From positions 79,999 to 143,998 of the forward strand of contig CAZYMH010000001.1 of NCBI GenBank assembly GCA_964648105.1: 64,000 nt of DNA. The letters run 5' to 3'. Origin of the DNA: an uncultured Candidatus Saccharibacteria bacterium (GTDB taxonomy: Bacteria; Patescibacteriota; Saccharimonadia; Saccharimonadales; 2-12-FULL-41-12). Below the pieces are notes generated by a model. It was not told the origin of the DNA and did no database searches. It worked only from the letters and a program-made list of their open reading frames with translations. Position 1 is the stretch's first letter. Each line of letters begins with the position of its first letter. A program made the translations under genes and the position numbers. Shown piece by piece: positions 36,760 to 46,182 of this stretch.

Positions 36760-37668
36760 TCAGCCAGCCACGGGTGTGGGCTGGATGACCTTGGTGGGTA
36801 CCCGCACAACGACGCAAGCGTCGTCGCGTCGGGTGAGGCCCACCCCTGCGACGGCCACCACGTTGCAGAGCTTGCCGCTCCGCACCGTGGTGGTCTGATA
36901 GACGAACCGCTTGCTTGCCCCAGGGGCAAGCGAGACGTTCGCAGTCAAACGGCCGTTCTTGAGCGAGGTCCCCGAAGGGAGCTTGCCCGATAGGACCATG
37001 CCCGAGGGCATGACGTCGCTCAAGCGAAGCTTGAGCGTCACGCCACCAGTGTTCTTCACCACAACGGTGAAGATCACCTTGCCACCCTTGCGAGTAGACT
37101 TCTTGTTCGCGTCCTTGCGAACGACGAAGTTGGCCACAGCGGGCTGCTCCACCGTTACGGTGGGCGGCGGGTTCATGACAACCGTCGGTGGTGGCACCAC
37201 CGGGGTGGCCGGGGTGGCCGTGACGGTCGGCACGGTCGTGGGAGGCTTCGTCTTGTCGACGCAGCCACTCGGCACCGCAGGGACCGACACCATTTTGGTG
37301 TCGACACCCGATCGGCCGTCGGCCCAACGGAGGACGAACTTGGCAGTTCCTCCCCTGTAGGTTGACGATACCGAAACCATCCACATGGCATCCTTGCCAC
37401 CTACGGCCGCAAGGCGGCTGCCTTGCGACTTGCCGTCGAGGAGAGCCTCGACGGTCATGTTGTGCGTGGGACCGTAGGCAGGCTGCTTTTCGCGGTTACC
37501 CGCGGAAAGCGTGACCTGGCCACTGGCCTTGCCATTTGCGTCGTAGACGCAAATGGTCTTGGCTGACTGGACCGTGGTCCAGGCAGCGGCTGGCGATGCC
37601 ACAATAGCACCACCAACGAGAGATGTGGCCACTGACGTGGCTAGGGCGATGTTCCTCAGTCGAGGCAC
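36760..37668 (-). CDS. G+C-rich secreted protein with DUF11/CARDB-like repeat domain (foreign composition)
   Basis: GTG start with AAAGGAGA upstream. Signal peptide ALATSVATSLVGGAIVASPAAA. C-terminal pattern GGKVIFTVVVKNTGGVTLKLRLSDVMPSGM...LAPGASKRFVY...NVVAV is typical of DUF11. Multiple shadow ORFs. Confidence 0.75.
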   Translation of the reverse strand: MPRLRNIALATSVATSLVGGAIVASPAAAWTTVQSAKTICVYDANGKASGQVTLSAGNREKQPAYGPTHNMTVEALLDGKSQGSRLAAVGGKDAMWMVSVSSTYRGGTAKFVLRWADGRSGVDTKMVSVPAVPSGCVDKTKPPTTVPTVTATPATPVVPPPTVVMNPPPTVTVEQPAVANFVVRKDANKKSTRKGGKVIFTVVVKNTGGVTLKLRLSDVMPSGMVLSGKLPSGTSLKNGRLTANVSLAPGASKRFVYQTTTVRSGKLCNVVAVAGVGLTRRDDACVVVRVPTKVIQPTPVAG

Positions 37669-38057
37669 TTCATCTCCTTTACTGGAGTTGACGAATAAGT
37701 ACTATGAATACTACTGGTACTGCAAACTTCTGACTAATTACATAATCAAAACTTTGCAATACCTTAGTACAAAATCACTTAAACTTATGCCTTCACTAAA
37801 CCTACCGAATTTAAAAAGATCGATTGCTATATCTAGGTAATAAAACGAAACAAAACTAATTGTCTCTAGTATTAAAACCTATGACTATTTAGTTAATTAC
37901 ATGTAAAAGTTCAACTTACTACTCAAATAATCTGAGACAAAAATAGAGCAGTAATTACAGATATAATTTTATCACACATAGGCATATTTGTCAATACGCT
38001 TATGTAGTGGCTTTACTGACCTGCAATTACTGCTCATAAAGTGATATAATATAGCAA

Positions 38058-40856
38058 ATGATATTCAAAAATACCGACGTAAACCCACCCGATAAAGGTG
38101 CTGTTCTGCTCTTGCAAGTACCACGTAATAACGAGAAAAAAGAGCTAGCTACTGAGCAAGTTTTGGCGGCCATACATGGGCTACTTACCAAGGCCGAAAC
38201 AATGAGCTTTTTTGCTAGTACAGTTCACGAGAAGATTAGTTTCGAGATTGCTACCTTAAATGGCCGAATCTGCTTCTTTATCTGGACACCCGAACACCTC
38301 AAACAATATGTCCAAGATCAAGTTTATGCCCAATACCCTAGCGTTCACATTTCGGAGGTAGAAGATTACGCTCTGCATAACCAAAATTCGGTCAATATGG
38401 CCTGTGAGCTAAAATTAGCCGCTCCAGACCCTTTGCCTATCAAAACCTTCCCAAGCTTCGAGGTCGACCCATTGGCAGGTGTAACGGCCACTCTAGCTCA
38501 GCTAGACGAAGGCGAAAATGCATGGGTACAAGTGGTCGCTCGGCCCGCCCAGTCTGGCTGGTACAAAAAAAGCGAGCGTTACGCCCAAAATATCAGAGGT
38601 GGAGCTAAGAATAATGGTGCTTACACTGGGCTATGGGGAGCTTTATCGGCCCCACCTGAGCAAAAAAATACCACGACAACTCTTGCTGAGCATGAATCGG
38701 TCCGAGCCAGAGCCGCCGAAGAAAAAAGCCATAAACTGGCCTATCAAACCACTATTCGCATAATTTATAGCGGTAATTCGTCTGAATCTCAAGCCAGAAT
38801 GCGTTTACAATCGGTTATTGCTTCATTTAAACAGTTCAACTCAACATACCTAAACGGTTTTGTAGCTGGCAAAATGACTCAGCGGCACGAGGATATAGTT
38901 GCCTACCAAAACCGAAATTTTAGCCGCAAAACTATGATTCTGAACATCGAAGAGCTAGCGAGCGTCTACCATCTGCCACACACCAATGTTGAGACCCCTA
39001 ATATATTATGGGCCAATGCCACGACCGCCGAGCCACCAGCCAATTTACCAATCAAACTAACCGAAGAAGTTAGCCCAATCGCGGTGACTAATTTTCGGGG
39101 CCATAATACACTATTTGGCTTAACCAGAAACGATCGCGGTAGGCATGTGTATATTATTGGTCAAACTGGCACTGGTAAATCGGGTTTACTCGAGCTTCTT
39201 ACTATCTGTGACATCGATACCAACCATGGATTTGCGGTTATCGACCCGCACGGTGATTATGCTTTGAGTGTGCTACAAAGTATCCCAGAAAGTCGTATGA
39301 ACGACGTAATTTACTTCAACCCCGCCGATAGTCAATTTCCGATCCCCTTTAACCCTTTGGAAGTATCCGACCCTAAGCTCAAAAGTCATACTTGCTCAGA
39401 GCTAATTGGCGTCTTAAAACGAATGTTTGATTCTTGGGGTCCACGGCTAGAATATATCTTAAGGTACAGTATTTTGGCGTTGCTTGATTACCCCGAAGCT
39501 ACCATGCTCGACATCACCAAAATTTTAACCGACAAAAAGTTTCGTAACGATGTCTTGCAGTACGTCAATGACCCAGTTGTCAAGCAGTTTTGGACGGTCG
39601 AATTTGCTAGCTGGAACGATAAATTTGCTGCCGAAGCTGTCGCCCCAGTACTCAATAAAATCGGAGCCTTTACGGCTAACCCTTTGGTACGTAACATTGT
39701 CGGCCAGCCACACGGAAGTTTTAATATCCGCCAAATCATGGACGAAGGCAAAATCTTAATTGTCAATTTGTCGCGAGGTTTGATTGGCGAGGACAACGCC
39801 GCCCTTCTTGGCTCGCTGATGGTTACTAAAATCCAGATGGCCGCCATGTCGCGGGCCGATATCCCCAAAGAAGCTCGTAAGCCATTTTACCTATATGTTG
39901 ACGAATTCCAGAACTTCGCCACCGATAGTTTTGCAACGATTTTGTCAGAAGCACGTAAATATTCGCTTAATTTGACTGTTGCCAACCAATATACCGCCCA
40001 AATGATGCAAAGTGTTCGCGATGCGGTATTTGGCAACGTTGGGACGATCGTTAGCTTCCGTACAAGTGCCGACGATGCCCGTAGTATGCTCAAATATTTC
40101 GAGCCAAAATTTACCGATTACGACTTAGTTCACATGCATAATCGCCATTTTGTGGTTAGCATGACTATCGAGGGCGAAAAAGTTCAAGCCTTTTCGGCCG
40201 TTACCAAAGATTTAACTCCTGTAAACTTTGATAACACTGCAGAGATTATCGCCAAAAGTCGTGAACTTTATGCCACCGATATCGAATCAGTCGAAAAATA
40301 CATTGATAGTCGTTATCACCTCAAACCAACTGTTGGCCAAAAACCTAGTTTTTCTAGCAAAAGACCTTCTAGGCCTAAACCACCTGCCCCTATCGAAGCC
40401 GTAGAGCCTAGCCTTGAACAAACTCCGCCCCCACCTAGCTCCCCAGAAACTAATTTTGAGAAATCTCCCGAAAAATCTTTCGAAACTCTCGATGACAAAC
40501 ACGAAATTACCAAATCAAGCTCCAAACAATCTGTTATTTCGGCTCTAGCTAAACTCGCCGAAAATGCCACCACCAAACCTAGGCGTAAACGCAAACGAAC
40601 CCGAAAAAACAAAAATAAAGTAACATCTGTCGACTCATCACAGCAGCCTCAAAATATCAGTCCTCCCAAATCTGATCTGCCAAAAGCCAAGCCAACTATC
40701 AAAAGTGAGCCTAAAATTGAAGCCTCGAAGCCTCAAAAACAATCACTAGCAGAACCAAAATCTCAAACACCTAAACCAGTTGCCAATAAATCACCTAAAA
40801 AAGACGATATGGTAGACTTCAGCGGCAACGACGAAATCGTAATCAAACTCCGCTAA
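38058..40856 (+). CDS. type IV secretion coupling protein-like (TraD/VirD4/HerA-FtsK superfamily) ATPase with long K/P/S-rich tail
   Basis: Walker A IIGQTGTGKSGL, Walker B FYLYVDEFQNF, and a ~330-aa N-terminal domain of unknown function. The last ~190 aa are low-complexity basic/proline-rich. Confidence 0.65.
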   Translation: MIFKNTDVNPPDKGAVLLLQVPRNNEKKELATEQVLAAIHGLLTKAETMSFFASTVHEKISFEIATLNGRICFFIWTPEHLKQYVQDQVYAQYPSVHISEVEDYALHNQNSVNMACELKLAAPDPLPIKTFPSFEVDPLAGVTATLAQLDEGENAWVQVVARPAQSGWYKKSERYAQNIRGGAKNNGAYTGLWGALSAPPEQKNTTTTLAEHESVRARAAEEKSHKLAYQTTIRIIYSGNSSESQARMRLQSVIASFKQFNSTYLNGFVAGKMTQRHEDIVAYQNRNFSRKTMILNIEELASVYHLPHTNVETPNILWANATTAEPPANLPIKLTEEVSPIAVTNFRGHNTLFGLTRNDRGRHVYIIGQTGTGKSGLLELLTICDIDTNHGFAVIDPHGDYALSVLQSIPESRMNDVIYFNPADSQFPIPFNPLEVSDPKLKSHTCSELIGVLKRMFDSWGPRLEYILRYSILALLDYPEATMLDITKILTDKKFRNDVLQYVNDPVVKQFWTVEFASWNDKFAAEAVAPVLNKIGAFTANPLVRNIVGQPHGSFNIRQIMDEGKILIVNLSRGLIGEDNAALLGSLMVTKIQMAAMSRADIPKEARKPFYLYVDEFQNFATDSFATILSEARKYSLNLTVANQYTAQMMQSVRDAVFGNVGTIVSFRTSADDARSMLKYFEPKFTDYDLVHMHNRHFVVSMTIEGEKVQAFSAVTKDLTPVNFDNTAEIIAKSRELYATDIESVEKYIDSRYHLKPTVGQKPSFSSKRPSRPKPPAPIEAVEPSLEQTPPPPSSPETNFEKSPEKSFETLDDKHEITKSSSKQSVISALAKLAENATTKPRRKRKRTRKNKNKVTSVDSSQQPQNISPPKSDLPKAKPTIKSEPKIEASKPQKQSLAEPKSQTPKPVANKSPKKDDMVDFSGNDEIVIKLR

Positions 40857-40893
40857 AAAATCTCCTAAAGACTCTAAAGACAAAAGATTAGCC

Positions 40894-40922
40894 CTGTTTC
40901 CAAGGACTGTCCTTGGAAACAG
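40894..40922. repeat. REP-like perfect palindrome, copy 4 (between convergent genes)
   Basis: CTGTTTCCAAGGAC-T-GTCCTTGGAAACAG. It could double as a bidirectional terminator hairpin. Confidence 0.9.
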
Positions 40923-40956
40923 TCATAGTCATCGAAGCAAGATTGTAAGGGGAATT

Positions 40957-43119
40957 TTATTTGATTTCGACGGCGTGAGATTTTTTGTCGAATGAAAAGC
41001 CGAATGTGCTGCCCTTGTTCTCTTTGCTATCGAATAAGATATTGCCGCCTTGGGTTTCAACCACCTTTTTGGCCATAAATAGCCCTAGCCCAGTGCCATC
41101 TGGCCGAGCTTCGCGGGCATTCCTAGCACGATAAAATTTCGTAAACATATGCTTTTTCTCGTCATCTGGTACACCAATTCCGTTATCTTTGACCATGAAG
41201 TAAACATTGGTTTTATCATCGCGTAGTTCAACTTCTATTCGCCCGCCACGTGGCGTATAGTACAGGGCATTGTCTGTAAAGTTCATAATAACTTGTCGAA
41301 CTTTATTTTCATCGAGCATCAGATCTATAAAATCTTTTGGTTTATCATAATTTATCTTGATATCTTTTAGGCTAGCTTGTTCGGCTAACTGAGCAATTTC
41401 GCCTTCTACCATGTCGGCCAGATTACACTTTTTATTTTCAATGATAAATTTGCCATATTTTAGCCGAGACACGTTCAAAAGGTCACTTATCAGATAGACC
41501 ATCCGCTGCGAGCTAACAAACGACTGCTCAAGTAGCTTACGCTGAGCATCATTTATTTCGCCAGCATCACCATCAAGCACCATGCTCATATAACCTTTTA
41601 CACTAGTCAAAGGCGTACGAAGCTGATGCGATGCCATGCTGATAAACTCATCTTTTGTAGCATCCATAGCCTTAAGTTTTTCATTGGTCCGTTTCAGCTT
41701 AGTAGTGGCATTATTCACCTTATCTTGCAAAGTAATATTGAATTCCTGTATCTCCTCAAACCTCAATGCATTTTGTATGGCAATTACCAATTCATCAGCA
41801 ATAATTTCGATAATCTTTATATCAGCTTTGCTATATACATTACCCGAACGCTTGTTACCAAAAATCATATAAGCAATAGTTTGTGTTTGTTGATAAGAAG
41901 TTACAGATAAATGTACAAGTGCAGCAATATTATATTTTAGATAGATTTTTTGCAGTTCTTCGTCTGTCGATTCTAAATCTTCGCTAGTAATTATTTTGCT
42001 CCCTAAGCCCACTAGTCGTCCTCGCATGTAACGCGATTCATGCTGCGTATACTCAATGTCTTCGGTGCCGATTACACGATCTTTTTTGCCATCTTCGCTT
42101 GGTATACCGACTTCAACAAAACTAGATTTCATATTCTCTTGAATAACAGTTGTAACTCGTCTAAGCAAAATCCCCACCTCAATATTACTTACAATTGCCT
42201 TGTTAAGTTGGTCTAAAAACTCTTGCGGATCATAAGCATCTCTAAAGAAAATTTTATTTGTAATCTTATCAAAATACCGTTTAATTGGTGGATAGCTAAG
42301 AATGGCTGCCACGAAAATTACAATATTTACAATAATTGGTATATAACCTTTTACACCACTTTGATATATATATCTTGTTAACAATGAAGATGCTATAGCG
42401 AAGAAAATAACTAGAGTGCCAATACTAAAAATATATCCAGCGGCTCGAAAGGCAACTGTTCTAATATCTAAAAGTTTATGCTTAATAATTGCGAATGTCA
42501 TAAATAATGATAAAAATATAACTGATGCAGGACCATAAGCAGCATATTCCCCATATTTAAAGGCAGGTAAAATTGCATTAAATAACAAAGACGGAGTTAA
42601 AGTTAATATAATTCCATAGTAGAAATATTGAATTTGAGTTTTTTCGTAAGAAGATGATGAGCTATGATAGCTCTTAAGACGATATACACTATAAGAAAAA
42701 TAAATTATCAGAACAAAAATTAATATCGGATATATTATTCCCGATTCAAAATTTTTTGAATCAGCATTTTTGACATTCAAGTTCGTAAAAGTAGTAGAGA
42801 TAATCGCAATTACAGGAATGGCAAATATAACCACCTCTTTATTTTTAATTTTCTTTTCAACAAATGAAAGAGAAAATAATAAAAAAAAGAATGGTAATAA
42901 TGCAGCTCCAATTAAAGATAATCTTGCAAATAAAAGTGCATTAGACGGATTATGGTATGAAAAATTAGTCAATATATTAAATAAAAGCCATAAAAATCCA
43001 GACAGTAAGAATAATGATAAGAATATATTTACTACCTTACGCGGATTGCTTACTAATACAACCATAAGAAGAGCAAAAATAATAGTTGAACAGAGTATAA
43101 GTATTATATTTATTAGCAT
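40957..43119 (-). CDS. multi-pass membrane sensor histidine kinase
   Basis: Multiple N-terminal TM helices (about 7-8 by eye), HisKA H-box FISMASHQLRTPLTS, and HATPase N/G boxes (NFTDNALYYTP, DNGIGVP, GTGLGL). Confidence 0.85.
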   Translation of the reverse strand: MLINIILILCSTIIFALLMVVLVSNPRKVVNIFLSLFLLSGFLWLLFNILTNFSYHNPSNALLFARLSLIGAALLPFFFLLFSLSFVEKKIKNKEVVIFAIPVIAIISTTFTNLNVKNADSKNFESGIIYPILIFVLIIYFSYSVYRLKSYHSSSSSYEKTQIQYFYYGIILTLTPSLLFNAILPAFKYGEYAAYGPASVIFLSLFMTFAIIKHKLLDIRTVAFRAAGYIFSIGTLVIFFAIASSLLTRYIYQSGVKGYIPIIVNIVIFVAAILSYPPIKRYFDKITNKIFFRDAYDPQEFLDQLNKAIVSNIEVGILLRRVTTVIQENMKSSFVEVGIPSEDGKKDRVIGTEDIEYTQHESRYMRGRLVGLGSKIITSEDLESTDEELQKIYLKYNIAALVHLSVTSYQQTQTIAYMIFGNKRSGNVYSKADIKIIEIIADELVIAIQNALRFEEIQEFNITLQDKVNNATTKLKRTNEKLKAMDATKDEFISMASHQLRTPLTSVKGYMSMVLDGDAGEINDAQRKLLEQSFVSSQRMVYLISDLLNVSRLKYGKFIIENKKCNLADMVEGEIAQLAEQASLKDIKINYDKPKDFIDLMLDENKVRQVIMNFTDNALYYTPRGGRIEVELRDDKTNVYFMVKDNGIGVPDDEKKHMFTKFYRARNAREARPDGTGLGLFMAKKVVETQGGNILFDSKENKGSTFGFSFDKKSHAVEIK

Positions 43120-43161
43120 CTTTAGTTACTATAATACTTGTTCAAAGAAAAGAATAAAAGC

Positions 43162-44520
43162 TTATGGCTTTAAGGGCTCATTTATAAACCATTTAAGAAG
43201 TTTTGAATTATCTCTTTCCATTGCTTGAACTGCATAATCCAAGTCCATTATATGAGGGGCACACATTCCACCTTGATATTCTACTTCAGGCCCTTTTTGG
43301 AAGAAGTAAAAATTATAAAACCTATTCAATGCCTTTACGCGTTTTGGCTCCATAATAATTCCCCAATTTTTAACACCACGAGTCATGGCATCTCTTCCCG
43401 CTAGCCTCCATAAATTATTTACGATTGCACGATGTTTAGTATCATTCTTTGAGGCACTGGTAGCTAGCTCCTCAGTGATTCCATTTCTATTTTGTTCCGT
43501 AAAAGTTTTCATGTCATCTTCACTATAAAACGACATTGCCGATAGAAGTGGCGGCAACTCCTTACCCTTAGAAAATACTCTTACAGTAGCGACACATTCA
43601 TCACCTTCAAATGCTGCAAAAAAGCGAGTTTGATTTAAATATTTATCATTATATTCTTCAAGGCTACCGTAGCCTTTTTCATTCCATATATCTTGTTCAA
43701 ATCTTAAAACATCTTTAAAACAATCTGATTTTTTATCACTTATGAAATAGTAACCTGTGCCATCTTTATCTGTATCTAATAATATATCTTCTGATGGAAT
43801 ATCTTCTTTTGATGAATTGCTGTTATGTAGTTTCTTTATTAGTGCAATACTTCCCATTCCTGCAACTAAGGCGGTGTATGTTTTCCAATCTCCTGCGACA
43901 TCAATACTTCTTCTTACTACACCCTCATATTTAGTCCCATCTGCTACTGTAAGTAATTTCGATGCACCATAACCTATTCCAGTACTTGCAACAGAAATAC
44001 CTAATGAAGCCTTAAGAGCTGTTATATTATCGTCTTTGCTAGTGCGATTTTCTTCATAAAAATGTCTTCTTGCTACAACTGCTGCTGAACCCACTGTTAA
44101 AGCAAATGCAGTATCTTTAAAAAAACTTTTGCCTGAATATTCAGGCTGAGGATTTACTGGAGAAAAAAACCTTGAAGCAATTTTATCTCTATATTCTCTT
44201 AATTTATTACTGTACCTACGTAAAGCATACGCTGAAGCAACTCCACCTGTAGTTTCTATAAACATAGTAGCAGCACCAACTGCAGCAGCAGAAAGAACAG
44301 GATTGCCTGTTGCTTCTAATGTAGTGACAGCAGCATAGACACGGGTTAGCTCATTGATTGGGCTTTGCTGAAAGGCTAGGCTTGAGACTGCAGCTCCAAT
44401 TGCTAATTTATTACCAACATTTGAAGTAGTGAGTGGAGTTTCATCTTTATTATCATATTTAAGACAATCCAAATGTTTACTAAAAAAGTCTTGATTTTTT
44501 GCTACGGCAACACTACTCAT
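43162..44520 (-). CDS. two-domain protein: hydrophobic N-terminal half + GNAT-fold N-acyltransferase-like (FeeM/LuxI-like) C-terminal half
   Basis: 452 aa. The C-terminal pattern FAAFEGDECVATVRVF...EELATSA...IMEPKRVKALNRFYNFYFFQKGPEVEYQGGMCAPHIMDL resembles N-acyl amino acid synthases. The call is pattern-based only. Confidence 0.45.
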   Translation of the reverse strand: MSSVAVAKNQDFFSKHLDCLKYDNKDETPLTTSNVGNKLAIGAAVSSLAFQQSPINELTRVYAAVTTLEATGNPVLSAAAVGAATMFIETTGGVASAYALRRYSNKLREYRDKIASRFFSPVNPQPEYSGKSFFKDTAFALTVGSAAVVARRHFYEENRTSKDDNITALKASLGISVASTGIGYGASKLLTVADGTKYEGVVRRSIDVAGDWKTYTALVAGMGSIALIKKLHNSNSSKEDIPSEDILLDTDKDGTGYYFISDKKSDCFKDVLRFEQDIWNEKGYGSLEEYNDKYLNQTRFFAAFEGDECVATVRVFSKGKELPPLLSAMSFYSEDDMKTFTEQNRNGITEELATSASKNDTKHRAIVNNLWRLAGRDAMTRGVKNWGIIMEPKRVKALNRFYNFYFFQKGPEVEYQGGMCAPHIMDLDYAVQAMERDNSKLLKWFINEPLKP

Positions 44521-44529
44521 ATATATTTT

Positions 44530-45018
44530 TTATTTTGCTGTTTGCCAAGAAGAAGATTCGTAAACAGCAACCACCATAGCACAAACTGGCATATGAGTAC
44601 ATGTTGTACCAACTACTTCCATGTTAATCGGACCGTAGTCAATATTTCTTGTTGCCATTAAAGCAATTAAACTATCTTTAATATCTCTACGAACTGCTTT
44701 CTCACTATTACCTTCATGCTCAACAAATAAACCTTGGCCAGTTTCAGTGTCTTGAATCCAACCAATACCAGCCCATGCTTCAACATTTGGTGTATCCGCT
44801 CTCATCTCAGCCATAACTACATATAACCTATCCCCCCATTCGCCTTTTGGAGAAACTTTTTGTTTATCACCTAAACTAATAATTTTTGACTTTGGAGGGA
44901 TAACTGAACTAAGCCTTAATAAATTAAAATTGGCTACGCCCGCATTATATAAAGCAGAGTCAAAAGCAGAAAGCTTAGTTGTACCTATACCTAATCCAGT
45001 CGAAAGTTGTATATCCAT
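44530..45018 (-). CDS. pdaD: pyruvoyl-dependent arginine decarboxylase
   Basis: 162 aa. SAFDSALYNAGVANFNLLRLSSVIPP contains the self-cleavage Ser-Ser region. Size and layout are typical of PvlArgDC. Confidence 0.85.
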   Translation of the reverse strand: MDIQLSTGLGIGTTKLSAFDSALYNAGVANFNLLRLSSVIPPKSKIISLGDKQKVSPKGEWGDRLYVVMAEMRADTPNVEAWAGIGWIQDTETGQGLFVEHEGNSEKAVRRDIKDSLIALMATRNIDYGPINMEVVGTTCTHMPVCAMVVAVYESSSWQTAK

Positions 45019-45096
45019 GATCGTTATTTATAAAATTATTATGCTTATATAATACATTAATATTGGTTTTTTGTCAATGTTATTTTTATTTGTTAT

Positions 45097-45130
45097 ATAA
45101 AAAACTCATACGGAGTTTTGCCGTATGAGT
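45097..45130 (-). terminator. Rho-independent terminator
   Basis: ACTCATACGG / CCGTATGAGT hairpin followed by TTTTT on the minus strand. Downstream of the LysM gene. Confidence 0.65.
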
Positions 45131-45220
45131 TTGATCTTATAAATTGCTATCTGCTAAAAAGTAAAATTTACTTTAGCTTGTACTTAAAAAATACCACAAA
45201 AACTAAAACTAGTAAACTTT

Positions 45221-45655
45221 TTAGCCGTTTGAGTTGGTGTTGAAGTTTACGAATTGGACGTAGTAGTTCCAGGCTTGTTTGTCGCTGTCGCTGAGTTTTT
45301 GGGCTTTTTCGATCCACGCTTTGACTGTAGCCTCAGGAATAGACACTTTTTGCCCGACGTTTAGGATAGGTGAGTTAGCTTCTTGGGTTAGGCCTGTTTC
45401 GGCAAATACTATTTGGCTGGTACTTAGGTTAACTTTGTTGACAATACCGTAAGTTTGGATGGCCTTACGAGCTAGAACAGTATAAGAATCGTTTGGTTTA
45501 GCAGTGTAGTCGTATTTATTGGCTTGCGTTTGAGTGTTAGCGGTTGGTTTATTTTGAGTATCTGTGTTGCCTTGAACGGCGGCAGAAGTATTGCCACTGA
45601 GCATTACGCAAACTAGACCCGACAATACTAGTACCAAAGTTAGTATTTTTTTCAT
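45221..45655 (-). CDS. secreted LysM-like domain protein
   Basis: Signal peptide MKKILTLVLVLSGLVCVML, then YTAKPNDSYTVLARKA...LNVGQKVSIP, a LysM-like pattern. Confidence 0.6.
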   Translation of the reverse strand: MKKILTLVLVLSGLVCVMLSGNTSAAVQGNTDTQNKPTANTQTQANKYDYTAKPNDSYTVLARKAIQTYGIVNKVNLSTSQIVFAETGLTQEANSPILNVGQKVSIPEATVKAWIEKAQKLSDSDKQAWNYYVQFVNFNTNSNG

Positions 45656-45777
45656 TTTACCCTCGTTTCACCCACCTTATGTGATTAACATAACTATTTT
45701 AGCATATTGTGGGCATGATGTTCAAAATATGCTATCAATTGACTGATTGCCTACAAGTAATTATGCTAATAAACATA

Positions 45778-46158
45778 ATGCCTGAAAAAGTTAAGCCAAA
45801 AATTTTGATAGTCGAGGACGAGCTTAGTATCCGTGAGATGTACGCATATAAGTTGAGAAGTGCTGGATATCAAATTTTTACAGCTCACGATGGCCAAACG
45901 GGTTTAAATATGGCCAAAAAACATACACCAGATATTATTTTGCTGGATTTGCGGATGCCACACATGTCGGGCGACAAAATGCTCGAAAAATTACGGGAAC
46001 ATGACTGGGGTGCCAATATGCGAGTCGTGGTCATGACAAATATCAGTAAAGAGGAAGCTCCAAGCATACTGAGGTTTTTGAGCGTTGATAGATATGTCGT
46101 TAAGGCCCACACTACGCCAGCCGAAGTCGTAAAAATCGTCCAAGAAATTCTAGGATAA
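45778..46158 (+). CDS. single-domain response regulator (receiver only)
   Basis: KILIVEDE, phospho-acceptor ILLDLRMP, and the T/K region VVMTNIS...VVKA. The start is uncertain (45709/45763/45778 are all in frame). Confidence 0.8.
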   Translation: MPEKVKPKILIVEDELSIREMYAYKLRSAGYQIFTAHDGQTGLNMAKKHTPDIILLDLRMPHMSGDKMLEKLREHDWGANMRVVVMTNISKEEAPSILRFLSVDRYVVKAHTTPAEVVKIVQEILG

Positions 46159-46182
46159 GCCAGAATCTGGTATAGTATAGCT

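Noticed and set aside
36721-37400. Track ORFs 36721-36993(+), 36755-37384(-), 36911-37360(+) and 37173-37400(-)
   Set aside because: Same reason. They give Arg/Pro/Gly-rich nonsense translations typical of off-frame high-GC sequence. The 36760-37668 frame carries the signal peptide and the DUF11-like domain.
39488-40612. Several antisense or off-frame ORFs inside the coupling-ATPase gene and its low-complexity tail
   Set aside because: They are embedded in a strongly supported 932-aa CDS. The translations are low-complexity.
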